Source: an uncultured Campylobacter sp. (lineage in GTDB: Bacteria > Campylobacterota > Campylobacteria > Campylobacterales > Campylobacteraceae). From it: a stretch of 64,000 bases of DNA. The DNA lies in the NCBI GenBank assembly GCA_963518965.1, contig CAUQMF010000001.1, positions 1,141 to 65,140 of the forward strand. The letters run 5' to 3'. A model generated the notes under the pieces. That model was not told the DNA's origin. It saw only the letters and a list, made by a program, of their open reading frames with translations, and made no database searches. The position numbers and the translations under genes are program-made. Positions 33,022 through 42,022 of the stretch are shown here, piece after piece (the first letter of the stretch is position 1; each line of letters begins with the position of its first letter).

Positions 33022-34340
33022 GATTTCACTCCTATTTGGAAATACTTAAAGCCCAAATTTGCCAGATTTTTCGCGTCGTATTGATTGCGCCCGTCAAAGA
33101 TCACGGCGTTTTTTAGGCGTTGCTTCATCTCCATAAAATCAGGCGACCTAAACTCGCTCCACTCGGTAACCAGCGCGAGCGCGTCAGCGCCGTTTAGCGC
33201 GTCGTATTTATTTGGGGCAAATTTTAAATTTGAGTTTGGTAGATATTTTTTTGCTTCGTTTGCGGCCTTTGGATCGTAAGCGACGACGTTTGCGCCCGCA
33301 TTTTCTAGCGATTTTATGAGCACGAGCGAGCTAGCTTCGCGCATATCGTCGGTGTTTGGTTTAAACGCTAGCCCCCAAATCGCCACCGTTTTGCCGCTCA
33401 AATTTCCGCCGAAAAATGCTGAAATTTTTTCAAAAAGCACCGTTTTTTGCGCCGCGTTTCTGGCCTCTACCGCGCTTAAAACCTGCGGCTCAAAGCCGTT
33501 TTGCCTAGCGGTATAGATGAGCGCCTCGACGTCCTTTGGAAAGCAACTGCCGCCGTATCCGCAGCCAGGATAGATGAAGCTATAGCCGATGCGAGAGTCG
33601 CTGCCGATGCCTTTTCGCACCAAATTTACGTCCGCTCCCACGCGCTCGCAGATACCCGCGATCTCGTTTATAAAGCTGATTTTAGTCGCTAGCATCGCGT
33701 TTGCGGCGTATTTTGTCATCTCGGCAGATTTTACGTCCATAGCGATAAAGCGGTCGTGATTTTTCATAAAGGGCGCGTAAAGCTCGCGCATGACGCCTTG
33801 CCCCCACTCGCTACTAGCGCCTACTACGACACGATCGGGCTTTAAAAAGTCCTCGACCGCCGCGCCCTCCTTTAAAAACTCGGGGTTTGAGACGACTTCG
33901 AATTTGACGTCCAGGTTTCTTTTTTTTAGCTCGCCTGCGATCACTTCGGTTACCTTTTCCGCCGTGCCGACGGGGACGGTTGATTTATCCACGACGATTA
34001 GCGGCGAGGTTAAATTTTGCCCGATGCTTTTTGCGACCTCTAGCACGTAGCGCAGATCGGCCTGTCCGTCCGCGCCCATAGGCGTTCCGACCGCGATAAA
34101 TAGCACGCTGGCGTGCGCCAAGGCTTCTTTTATATCGACGCTAAATTTAAGCGCGCCGTTTGCCCTGCACTCGGCCACGATTTCAGAAAGTCCGGGCTCA
34201 TAGATCGGTATGACGCCGTTATTTAGGGCGTTTATCTTTGCTTCGTCCACGTCCACGCATATGACGTCGTTGCCCATTTTAGCTAGGCACGCGCCGCTAA
34301 CTAGCCCCACGTAGCCCGTGCCTACGACTGCGATCCTCAC
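33018..34340 (-). CDS. ugd: UDP-glucose 6-dehydrogenase
   Basis: IAVVGTGYVGLVSGACLA Rossmann, catalytic GYGGSCFPKD. Start set to GTG 34340 (GGAGAA SD, GTGA overlap with the galE stop); the track ATG is at 34355. Confidence 0.9.
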   Translation of the reverse strand: MRIAVVGTGYVGLVSGACLAKMGNDVICVDVDEAKINALNNGVIPIYEPGLSEIVAECRANGALKFSVDIKEALAHASVLFIAVGTPMGADGQADLRYVLEVAKSIGQNLTSPLIVVDKSTVPVGTAEKVTEVIAGELKKRNLDVKFEVVSNPEFLKEGAAVEDFLKPDRVVVGASSEWGQGVMRELYAPFMKNHDRFIAMDVKSAEMTKYAANAMLATKISFINEIAGICERVGADVNLVRKGIGSDSRIGYSFIYPGCGYGGSCFPKDVEALIYTARQNGFEPQVLSAVEARNAAQKTVLFEKISAFFGGNLSGKTVAIWGLAFKPNTDDMREASSLVLIKSLENAGANVVAYDPKAANEAKKYLPNSNLKFAPNKYDALNGADALALVTEWSEFRSPDFMEMKQRLKNAVIFDGRNQYDAKNLANLGFKYFQIGVKS

Positions 34341-35323
34341 AGCCGTTTCTCCCACTCAAGCGCGGTTTTTATGATGAGCGCGAGATCCTCTCTCTTGGGC
34401 CGCCAGTTAGTTAATTTTCTTATCTTTCCCGGCTTTGCGATGAGGCACGCTGGATCGCCATGCCTGCGAGGAGCGCTAATTACTTTAAAATCAACCCCGC
34501 TTACTTTTTTAGCCGTTTCTATAACCTCTTTTACGCTAAAGCCGCGGCCGTAGCCGACGTTAAAGGTCTCGCTTTTTTCGTGTTCGCTTAGATACTCTAG
34601 AGCGCTTAGATGCGCGTCTGCTAGGTCGCTCACGTGGATGTAGTCTCTCACGCAGGTGCCGTCTGCGGTTGGATAGTCGCTGCCGAAAATTCCCATACTC
34701 TCGCGCTTGCCCAGAGCCGTCTGCGTCGCGACTTTGATTAGGTGCGTGGCGTTTGGATAGTTTTGCCCGATGAGCCCCTCTTCGTCGGCGCCAGCGACGT
34801 TAAAGTACCGCAGAATCGCAAATTTGAAATTTTCATTTGAAGCGGCGTAGTCTTTGATGATCCACTCGCTCATTAGCTTGCTTCGGCCGTACGGATTTAT
34901 CGGATTTGCCGCGGTTTGCTCATCGACCTCGCCGATCTCGGGCTCGCCGTAAACGGCAGCAGTGGAGCTAAATATAAATTTATTTACGCCGTACTGCTTG
35001 CAATAGGTCAAAATTTTGGCCACGTTTGCGGTGTTGTTTAGGTAGTATTTTAGCGGCTCTTGCGTGCTTTCAAATACCTCGATAAATGCGGCAAAATGGA
35101 TAATCGCGTCAAATTTGCCCTCCGCAAAAATCCCGCTTAAATCATCCTCCAAATTTGCCTTTACGAACTTAAATTTACCGATTTTTTCTAGCGCGTCAAG
35201 CGCCTTTGTTGCGCCTTTGCAGAGATTATCTACGACCGTTATCTCGTGTCCGCCTTGCTTTAAAAGCGCCTTTAGCACGTGAGAGCCGATGTAGCCCGCT
35301 CCGCCTGTTATTAAAATTTTCAT
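34337..35323 (-). CDS. galE: UDP-glucose/UDP-GlcNAc 4-epimerase (GalE/Gne)
   Basis: 328 aa. TGGAGYIGSH Rossmann and YxxxK SDR core (YGRSK). First gene of the pgl block, as gne is in C. jejuni. Confidence 0.9.
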   Translation of the reverse strand: MKILITGGAGYIGSHVLKALLKQGGHEITVVDNLCKGATKALDALEKIGKFKFVKANLEDDLSGIFAEGKFDAIIHFAAFIEVFESTQEPLKYYLNNTANVAKILTYCKQYGVNKFIFSSTAAVYGEPEIGEVDEQTAANPINPYGRSKLMSEWIIKDYAASNENFKFAILRYFNVAGADEEGLIGQNYPNATHLIKVATQTALGKRESMGIFGSDYPTADGTCVRDYIHVSDLADAHLSALEYLSEHEKSETFNVGYGRGFSVKEVIETAKKVSGVDFKVISAPRRHGDPACLIAKPGKIRKLTNWRPKREDLALIIKTALEWEKRL

Positions 35324-35505
35324 AAATTTACCTTTTGAAATTTAGATTTTCCGATTTTATCATAAAAGATAAAAAGGTAAAATAAAAAATGCGGCGTTGC
35401 TAAACCCGCACGTTAAATTTAGCCGCCCTATCGCGCGCTTAGCGTAAATTTACGGCACCGACCCCAAAGCGACCAAGCGGGTAAATTTGACCGAAACGGC
35501 CGAAT

Positions 35506-36417
35506 TTAATCCTCTCTAACCCGCAAAAATACCGGAAATCTCGGCACCCCTTTTGCGGTTAAATTTTGATATTTGTAGGTTATTATAGAGCCGATTTTAG
35601 GCGGGTTTGCGCGGTCGCGGTCGCTAAAGCCCGAGCCAATCTTAAATTTTACTCCGCCAGCGATTTGCTCGTCCGAGTTTGAGCCCGCAGCGCTAAGCAC
35701 CTTGCAAGTTACCGAGCCCATTAGTCCGGCATATTTGCCCGTGCCCGCGTTTATCGCCGTCACCTCGCACTCGGCATCTTTAAATTTTTTATATTTCAGC
35801 GCGTTTTTGCTTCGTTTTCGCTCATAGGGCGCGTTTGGTTCTCGCGCAACCGCACCCTCGCCGCCTTTTGCGACGATATGCTCGGCAAACGCCTCAAATT
35901 CGGAGTTATCTTTTACTTTTACCTGCTTGATTATCTTTAAATTTTGCCCGGCTTGCGGGTTCTTTGCGATAAATTTTTCAAGCTCACTAAGCCGCTCTAA
36001 AAGTCCGCCGCTAGCCTCAGGCACGTCGAAAACATAAAATTTGATCTCGCTCCACGCCGTGGCGCTGGGCGTTTTATCCATCACGATCGATTGTATTTTT
36101 TCAAATTCGCCCCGCGCCGTGTAAAGCTCACCGTCAAGCGCAAATGGCGGAAAATGCGCGCTCCAGCCCTCAGGCACGGCTAAAATTTTACCGTTTCGTG
36201 AACGCAAATTTCGCCCGTCCCAGTAGGCGCGCACGCCGTCAAGCTTCTCGCTAGCTAGCCAGCCGCCGACGTTTTGGCCTTTGTATTCGCTAAGTTTTAA
36301 AAGCTCGAATTTAGCTTTTTTAGCGGCATCTGCGCTCACCGCGCTGCTTATATTTTCGCTCTGCGCCGCTAGAGCTAAATTTAAAAAGGCGGCCAGCAAG
36401 AGCGCGAAAAATCTCAA
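35506..36417 (-). CDS. periplasmic minimal ATP-dependent DNA ligase (Lig E class)
   Basis: Signal peptide [18 protein letters not shown]. Adenylation motif [14 protein letters not shown]. About 280-aa mature size. TTG start overlaps the stop of the upstream epimerase gene. Confidence 0.85.
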   Translation of the reverse strand: MRFFALLLAAFLNLALAAQSENISSAVSADAAKKAKFELLKLSEYKGQNVGGWLASEKLDGVRAYWDGRNLRSRNGKILAVPEGWSAHFPPFALDGELYTARGEFEKIQSIVMDKTPSATAWSEIKFYVFDVPEASGGLLERLSELEKFIAKNPQAGQNLKIIKQVKVKDNSEFEAFAEHIVAKGGEGAVAREPNAPYERKRSKNALKYKKFKDAECEVTAINAGTGKYAGLMGSVTCKVLSAAGSNSDEQIAGGVKFKIGSGFSDRDRANPPKIGSIITYKYQNLTAKGVPRFPVFLRVRED

Positions 36418-37472
36418 ATTTTAACCCCGTAAAACTCGCAGTACCACTCGATAAACCTCGCCACCCCATCATTTACGCTAGTTGCTGGCTTATACTCAAA
36501 GTCCGCGACCAGATCGCTCACGTCCGCAAAGGTCGCAGGCACGTCGCCGGCTTGCAGCGGAAGGAAGTTTTTCTCTATCTCGCGGCCGATTTTTATCTCG
36601 ACGGCCTTGATGTAGTCCATGAGCTCGACGGGGCTGTTGTTGCCGATATTATAGACCTTAAACGGCGCACTAGAGGTGGCTGGATCAGGGTGCTTCGCGT
36701 CCCACACGGGATTTGGCTTGGCTGGGTTATCGACGCATTTTATGATGCCCTTTACGATGTCGTCCACGTAGGTAAAGTCGCGCTTCATCTTGCCGTAGTT
36801 AAAGACGTCGATTTTCTTGCCCTTTAGCGCGGCGTCTACGAACAAAAACAGCGCCATATCAGGGCGTCCCCACGGGCCGTAAACCGTGAAAAATCGCAGT
36901 CCCGTAGTCGGTACGCCAAATAGATGCGAATACGTATGCGCCATCATTTCGTTGCTTTTTTTGGTTGCGGCGTAGAGGCTGATCGGGTGATTTACGCCCT
37001 CGTGCGTAGAAAACGGCATATTTTCGTTTAGGCCGTAAACCGAGCTCGAGCTTGCGTAGACTAGATTTTTAGTTTGGTTGTGGCGGCAGCACTCTAGGAT
37101 ATTCATAAAGCCCGTGACGTTGCTGTCGATGTAGGCTTGCGGATTGATGAGCGAATATCTCACGCCCGCCTGCGCGGCCAAATTTACGACGCAGTCAAAT
37201 TTCTCGCTCTCAAAAAGCCTCTTCATCGTCTCGCCGTCGGCCAGGTCGGCTTTTATAAATTTTAAATTAGGCTGCGTTTTTGAGGTGATAAGCTTGCCAT
37301 AGTCTATCTCGCTTACGTCAAAGCCCGCCGTTTTTAGGCGCGCGAGCTTTAAATTTACGTCGTAGTAGTCGTTTATCACGTCGTATCCGACGACCTCGTC
37401 GCCTCTTTTTACGAGGGCGTTTGCCAAGTGAAACCCGATAAATCCCGCCGTTCCGGTTACTAAAATTTTCAT
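36414..37472 (-). CDS. UDP-glucuronate 4-epimerase (NAD-dependent SDR, Cap1J/LpsL-like)
   Basis: [14 protein letters not shown]...[14 protein letters not shown]-terminus and YAATKKSNE catalytic YxxxK, typical of UDP-GlcA/GalA epimerases. Confidence 0.82.
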   Translation of the reverse strand: MKILVTGTAGFIGFHLANALVKRGDEVVGYDVINDYYDVNLKLARLKTAGFDVSEIDYGKLITSKTQPNLKFIKADLADGETMKRLFESEKFDCVVNLAAQAGVRYSLINPQAYIDSNVTGFMNILECCRHNQTKNLVYASSSSVYGLNENMPFSTHEGVNHPISLYAATKKSNEMMAHTYSHLFGVPTTGLRFFTVYGPWGRPDMALFLFVDAALKGKKIDVFNYGKMKRDFTYVDDIVKGIIKCVDNPAKPNPVWDAKHPDPATSSAPFKVYNIGNNSPVELMDYIKAVEIKIGREIEKNFLPLQAGDVPATFADVSDLVADFEYKPATSVNDGVARFIEWYCEFYGVKI

Positions 37473-37547
37473 GTTTTTCCTTTGTGATTTGACGCTATTT
37501 TAGCGTATTTTAAAAATCAAAGCTCGTAAATAAAATTAGCGCCAACT

Positions 37548-38276
37548 CTACGAACAACGCGCTAAGCCGAGCAAACATCCAAGTCCCCAACCTACAAAAA
37601 AAGTACCGTAAAAAGCCGCCCCTACTACAAATACGGCGGGAAAAGCCACTATCATCCCCGCGCTAGCGACGGGCAAACCAACGATCATCGCGGCACCGCC
37701 GAGATCTATCCCCGCACCGCCGCTGCTTGCGCCTATTTTTTCGCAATCTACATTCGTATATACTTTGATTGGATTTTGAAATTTACCCGAGGTTAAAATT
37801 TCTTTTCTTTTAGCGTCGCTTATGTTTGCCGTACTTCCGCTCAGATAGTAATAACCGGTTATATATCCGGACTCCAAAAAGCTTTTTATAGTCTGAGACC
37901 CTTGCATATTTTTGCTTGGATCAAACATCTCAAAAGACGCTTTTAGCGCAGCATATCTCTCATCCGAAAATAGCTTTTTATCAAGAAAAATGACGTATGT
38001 TCCGACCATCTTTTCATCGTTGCCGTATATGCAAATAGACGCAAAATCGTCTTTTATGTCATTTCCAAACTCGCTAGCGTAAAAGTGTTTGGCTTCGTTT
38101 ATTTTTGCCGTTTCGTTTAGCCTAAAGCTATATTTGTCGCCGACGACGTAGTATCCGTCGTTATACGCATAAAGTCCTTGTATCTCGTCTATTTTTTTGA
38201 CGCCGGCGCTTTTTTCTGCGCAACCGGAAAATAGCAATGCAAATATCGCCGAAAAAGCTACGATCTTTTTATACAT
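37548..38276 (-). CDS. lipoprotein with Gly-rich hydrophobic C-terminal tail, unknown function
   Basis: Lipobox LLFSGC. C-terminal 60 aa are Gly/Ala/Val-rich hydrophobic. The gene looks more AT-rich than its neighbours by eye. Confidence 0.6.
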   Translation of the reverse strand: MYKKIVAFSAIFALLFSGCAEKSAGVKKIDEIQGLYAYNDGYYVVGDKYSFRLNETAKINEAKHFYASEFGNDIKDDFASICIYGNDEKMVGTYVIFLDKKLFSDERYAALKASFEMFDPSKNMQGSQTIKSFLESGYITGYYYLSGSTANISDAKRKEILTSGKFQNPIKVYTNVDCEKIGASSGGAGIDLGGAAMIVGLPVASAGMIVAFPAVFVVGAAFYGTFFVGWGLGCLLGLARCS

Positions 38277-38401
38277 AGATTATCCTTTTATTTTATAAAT
38301 ATTAAACTATCTGTACCTGCTGAAATTAAATTACGCTTTAACAAAAGCAAGCCGTTTAAATTTAGCCAAACTAGCAAAATACGCTAAATTTGCGCCCGTC
38401 C

Positions 38402-39319
38402 TTACTGCTCGTCTAAATTTATCTCAGGCATATTTTCTTCGGTGTAGTACTCCTCTGCTCCGGCTTGCTCGTCGTCATCTCCGAGTTCGGGCTCGTCCTC
38501 GTAGTTTTGCGTTTCAAGGCGCGCGAGTTCGCGATCGACCGCCTCGCAAAAAACCGGCGTATAGCCCATCTGAGCGCAGTTTGCCGCGAGCCACTCGCTC
38601 ATCACCGAGATATCGTCTGCGTAATCGTCCAGCGTCAAATTTCCGCGCAAAAGCTCGTATTTTAGGAAAAGCCAGTATGTGTTTAGCACGTCGCTTTCGC
38701 AGTATTCGTTGATCTTGTCAATCTTGCCGTCAAAAAATAGCTCCATCACCTGATCGCCGTGGACGTCGTATTTGCCGGGCAAATTTAAGCTAGCGCAGAG
38801 CGTATCGAGCTTTAGCCCGCGCACGGAGCCAAACTCGCTCACGTGATCGAGCAGATCGAAGTGAAATTTACCGCTATATCTGTCGCGGTAGTTGCCGTCC
38901 CATTTGCCTTTACCGAGCTCCTTGTTTTCGACCTCGTAAAAGCTCGGAAACGAGACGTTGTACCTCATCGCGCGAGTTAAAATCATCGGCAGATCAAAGC
39001 CTCGCCCGTTAAAGCTCACCAGGCGCGGGTTGTGCGAGTTTACGAAACCGATAAATTTATTTAGGATTTCGCGCTCGTTTGCGCCCTTCATCGTGCTTAC
39101 GCGCAAAAATTTACCGTACTCGTCCGCCATCACCGCAGAGATCGCCACGACGCGGTGAAACATTACGGGTAAAAACTCGCTTCCGCTTGCTGCCTTTTGC
39201 GCGGCAAACGCCTGCCTCGCCACCTCCGCGTCGCTTCCCTCATAGCCGTAAATTTTACGCAAAAGCGCGACGTCCGGCACCGTCTCGCAGTCAAAAACGC
39301 AGATATAATTTTTAGCCAT
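38402..39319 (-). CDS. PolB-like 3'-5' exonuclease domain protein (Cj1132c/WlaX-position)
   Basis: N-terminal CVFDCETVPD (ExoI DxE), later exonuclease aspartates, acidic C-terminal tail. Divergent from waaC, as Cj1132c/Cj1133 are in C. jejuni. Confidence 0.7.
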   Translation of the reverse strand: MAKNYICVFDCETVPDVALLRKIYGYEGSDAEVARQAFAAQKAASGSEFLPVMFHRVVAISAVMADEYGKFLRVSTMKGANEREILNKFIGFVNSHNPRLVSFNGRGFDLPMILTRAMRYNVSFPSFYEVENKELGKGKWDGNYRDRYSGKFHFDLLDHVSEFGSVRGLKLDTLCASLNLPGKYDVHGDQVMELFFDGKIDKINEYCESDVLNTYWLFLKYELLRGNLTLDDYADDISVMSEWLAANCAQMGYTPVFCEAVDRELARLETQNYEDEPELGDDDEQAGAEEYYTEENMPEINLDEQ

Positions 39320-39382
39320 TTCAAACCTTTTTTAGCTATTTTTGCCTAAAATGATAGCTAAAAATCTTTATAAAAGCGGTAA

Positions 39383-40369
39383 ATGAGTAAAAATTTAAGC
39401 CCAAACATCGCCGTTATCAAGCTCTCCGCCCTGGGCGATATCGTCCATGCGGCGACCGTGCTACAGTTTATCAAAAAGCACTTGCCGCAAGCTAAAATTA
39501 CATGGTTTGCCGACGCTAAATTTAGCAAGATTTTGTTCCTTTGCCCGCAAATTTCGCGCGTCGTATCGCTACCGCTAAAAAACGGCGAATACAAAAAGAG
39601 CTTGGAGCTGATCGCGTCTGCTAAGCAAGAGGGCGAATTTGACTACGTCATCGACCTGCAAGGGCTGATCAAATCCGCCGCGGTTGCGAAGCTTCTTGGC
39701 AAAAACAGTTACGGATTTGATAAATTTAGCGCTAAAGAACCGCTTGCGGCGCTGTTTTACAGACATAAATTTAGCTGCGACTACGGCGAAAATATCATCT
39801 TGCGAAATTTAAAACTTACGGCTTTTGCCTTAGGCTTTAGTTTTAGCGAGGATGAAATTTTAGCCAAACAGCCTTGTTTTAGCGCCCGGCAAAGTAAATC
39901 GCAAAGCCAAAAAAAGAAAATTTTGATAGCGCCTTTTGCTAGCGAGCCGAGTAAAATTTATGATAAATTTGGAGACGTTATCGCCCAGCTAGACGAGCCG
40001 CAAAATGAAATTTTCGTCTGCTTTAACGGCGAAAACGAGGAGAAAAAAGCACTAAATTTGATCAAAAACTCAAACGCAAAACCGCTAAATTTGGGCCTAA
40101 AAGAGCTCGTAAATTTTATCTCGTCCTGTGACCTTGTTATCGGCAACGATAGCGGCGTGACGCATATCGCTTGGGCGCAAAATCGACCCTCTATCACGCT
40201 TTTTGGTAACCGCCCCGCAGAGCGAAACGCCTTTGCGAGCCCCATAAATTTAACGCTGGACGCGGGCAAAAAAATAGACGCGAAAAAGATAGACAAAAGC
40301 GACTTTTGCGTGCGAGATATCGCGCCGCAGGCTATCGCAAGCGCGGCAAAAAGGCTACTTGATGCGTGA
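39383..40369 (+). CDS. waaC: LPS/LOS heptosyltransferase I (GT9)
   Basis: IAVIKLSALGDIVHA N-terminus and GNDSGVTHIAWA C-terminal motif. Followed by lpxL, as waaC-htrB are in C. jejuni. Confidence 0.85.
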   Translation: MSKNLSPNIAVIKLSALGDIVHAATVLQFIKKHLPQAKITWFADAKFSKILFLCPQISRVVSLPLKNGEYKKSLELIASAKQEGEFDYVIDLQGLIKSAAVAKLLGKNSYGFDKFSAKEPLAALFYRHKFSCDYGENIILRNLKLTAFALGFSFSEDEILAKQPCFSARQSKSQSQKKKILIAPFASEPSKIYDKFGDVIAQLDEPQNEIFVCFNGENEEKKALNLIKNSNAKPLNLGLKELVNFISSCDLVIGNDSGVTHIAWAQNRPSITLFGNRPAERNAFASPINLTLDAGKKIDAKKIDKSDFCVRDIAPQAIASAAKRLLDA

Positions 40370-41255
40370 TTTATTTTACCTTTGGCTTTATAGATTTTTT
40401 AAATTTATCTTTACCGTTACGCCCGCGTTTTTGCTGGATCCTTTTTTAAATTTCATCGCGTTTTTGTTTTATAAATTTGACGCTAAGCACACAAAAATCA
40501 TCAGAGCAAATCTAAATTTTGCCTACGCGGGCGAGCTCACGGCCGAGCAAAAAGAGCAAATCATAAAAGACACGTACCAAAACTTCGCCAAATTTGCGGT
40601 AAATTTTATAAAAAATCAAAACGCGAGCAAGGAAAAAATCCTAGAAAAAGTCGAATTTAAAAACGAGCAAATCTTTCAAAACGCGCTTGCTTCGGGTCGT
40701 CCGATCATCGTGCAAACGGCGCACTACGGGCAGTGGGAGCTCTTTTCGCTGGCGATGGCGGCAAAATTCGGCGGCGTTAGCATCGTCGGACGCGCTCTTG
40801 ATAGCGCGGTCATGCAGCGCATTTTGGCGGCAAATCGCACCCGCTTTGATATCGAGCTAATCGATAAAATGGGCGGCGCCAAGCAAATCCTAAAAGCGGT
40901 TAAGGCGCGCCGATTGGTCGGCATCCTAGTCGATCAAAACACCGCAAAAGACGAGGGCGTAGAGGTCAAATTTTTCGGGCGAAAAGTCCTACATACGCCC
41001 GCAGTTAGCATTTTCGCGCAAAAAACGGACGCTCTCATCGTGCCCGCATTTATCCGCGAAAAAGGGCCAAACCTCAGCGAAATTTGCTTTTTCCCGCCGA
41101 TTGACGTTAGGGATTTTGATAAAGACGAAGCCGTACTAAAGGCCACGCAAGCGCAAGCTGACGCCACCGAGGCCGCCGTACGCGAGAAGCCGGACGAGTA
41201 TTTTTGGTTTCACAAACGATTTAAGCATTTTAACGAGGAAATTTATAAATGCTAA
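40362..41255 (+). CDS. lpxL: lipid A secondary (lauroyl/myristoyl) acyltransferase (HtrB/WaaM/LpxL)
   Basis: N-terminal TM and catalytic HX4E motif HYGQWE. ATG 40362 preferred over TTG 40359. Confidence 0.85.
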   Translation: MRDLFYLWLYRFFKFIFTVTPAFLLDPFLNFIAFLFYKFDAKHTKIIRANLNFAYAGELTAEQKEQIIKDTYQNFAKFAVNFIKNQNASKEKILEKVEFKNEQIFQNALASGRPIIVQTAHYGQWELFSLAMAAKFGGVSIVGRALDSAVMQRILAANRTRFDIELIDKMGGAKQILKAVKARRLVGILVDQNTAKDEGVEVKFFGRKVLHTPAVSIFAQKTDALIVPAFIREKGPNLSEICFFPPIDVRDFDKDEAVLKATQAQADATEAAVREKPDEYFWFHKRFKHFNEEIYKC

Positions 41256-42022
41256 GCGTCGTAATCCTCACGCTTAACAGTGAAAAATACCTCGCCGAGG
41301 TGCTAAAAAGCTGCGAATTCGCAGACGAAGTCGTCGTGGTCGATAGCGGCTCGCAGGACGCTACGGAGCAAATTTGCGCCGGGTTTAAAAACGTCAAATT
41401 TCACAAGCAAAAATGGCTGGGATTTAGCGCGCAAAAGCAGCTGGGCGTGGATCTAGCGCGTAATCGCTGGATTTTCGTGCTAGATAGCGACGAGGTGATT
41501 TTAGAGCCGCTGAGGGAGGAAATTTTGCAGGTTTTACAGCGACCCGAGTTTTGCGCGTACGAGGTGGCGCGCGCAAATATATTTTTCGGCAAAGAAGTGC
41601 GCACTATGGGGCTTTACCCGGACTGCACCGTTAGGCTTTTTGACAAGACGCGGGCGGAGTTTGACGGGCGCGAGATACACGAAAAGGTCGTTTTAAAAAG
41701 CGCGGCAAAAACGGGCGACCAAATCCGTACAGACGCTGCAAACGGCGCAAATTTAACCGCCGCCAAAAATCAAATCGGTAGGTTAAAAAACCACTTCAAA
41801 CACTATGCCTACGACAGCATCGAGCAGTTTATCGCCAAGCAAAATCGCTACTCGAGCCTTGGCGCAAAGGGCGCAAAATCAAGCAAATTTAAGGCCGTTT
41901 TAAATCCCGCGTGGACGTTTTTTAAGCTATTTTTCCTAAAAGGCGGCTGGCGCGAAGGCTGGCGCGGCTACGTGATAGCAAGGCTTTACGCGCAATACAC
42001 ATTTTGGAAGTACATAAAATGA
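41249..42022 (+). CDS. GT2 glycosyltransferase (core-oligosaccharide WaaE/KdtX-like)
   Basis: LSVVILTLNSEKYL...VVDSGSQD...LDSDE GT-A motifs. 257 aa. Confidence 0.78.
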   Translation: MLSVVILTLNSEKYLAEVLKSCEFADEVVVVDSGSQDATEQICAGFKNVKFHKQKWLGFSAQKQLGVDLARNRWIFVLDSDEVILEPLREEILQVLQRPEFCAYEVARANIFFGKEVRTMGLYPDCTVRLFDKTRAEFDGREIHEKVVLKSAAKTGDQIRTDAANGANLTAAKNQIGRLKNHFKHYAYDSIEQFIAKQNRYSSLGAKGAKSSKFKAVLNPAWTFFKLFFLKGGWREGWRGYVIARLYAQYTFWKYIK

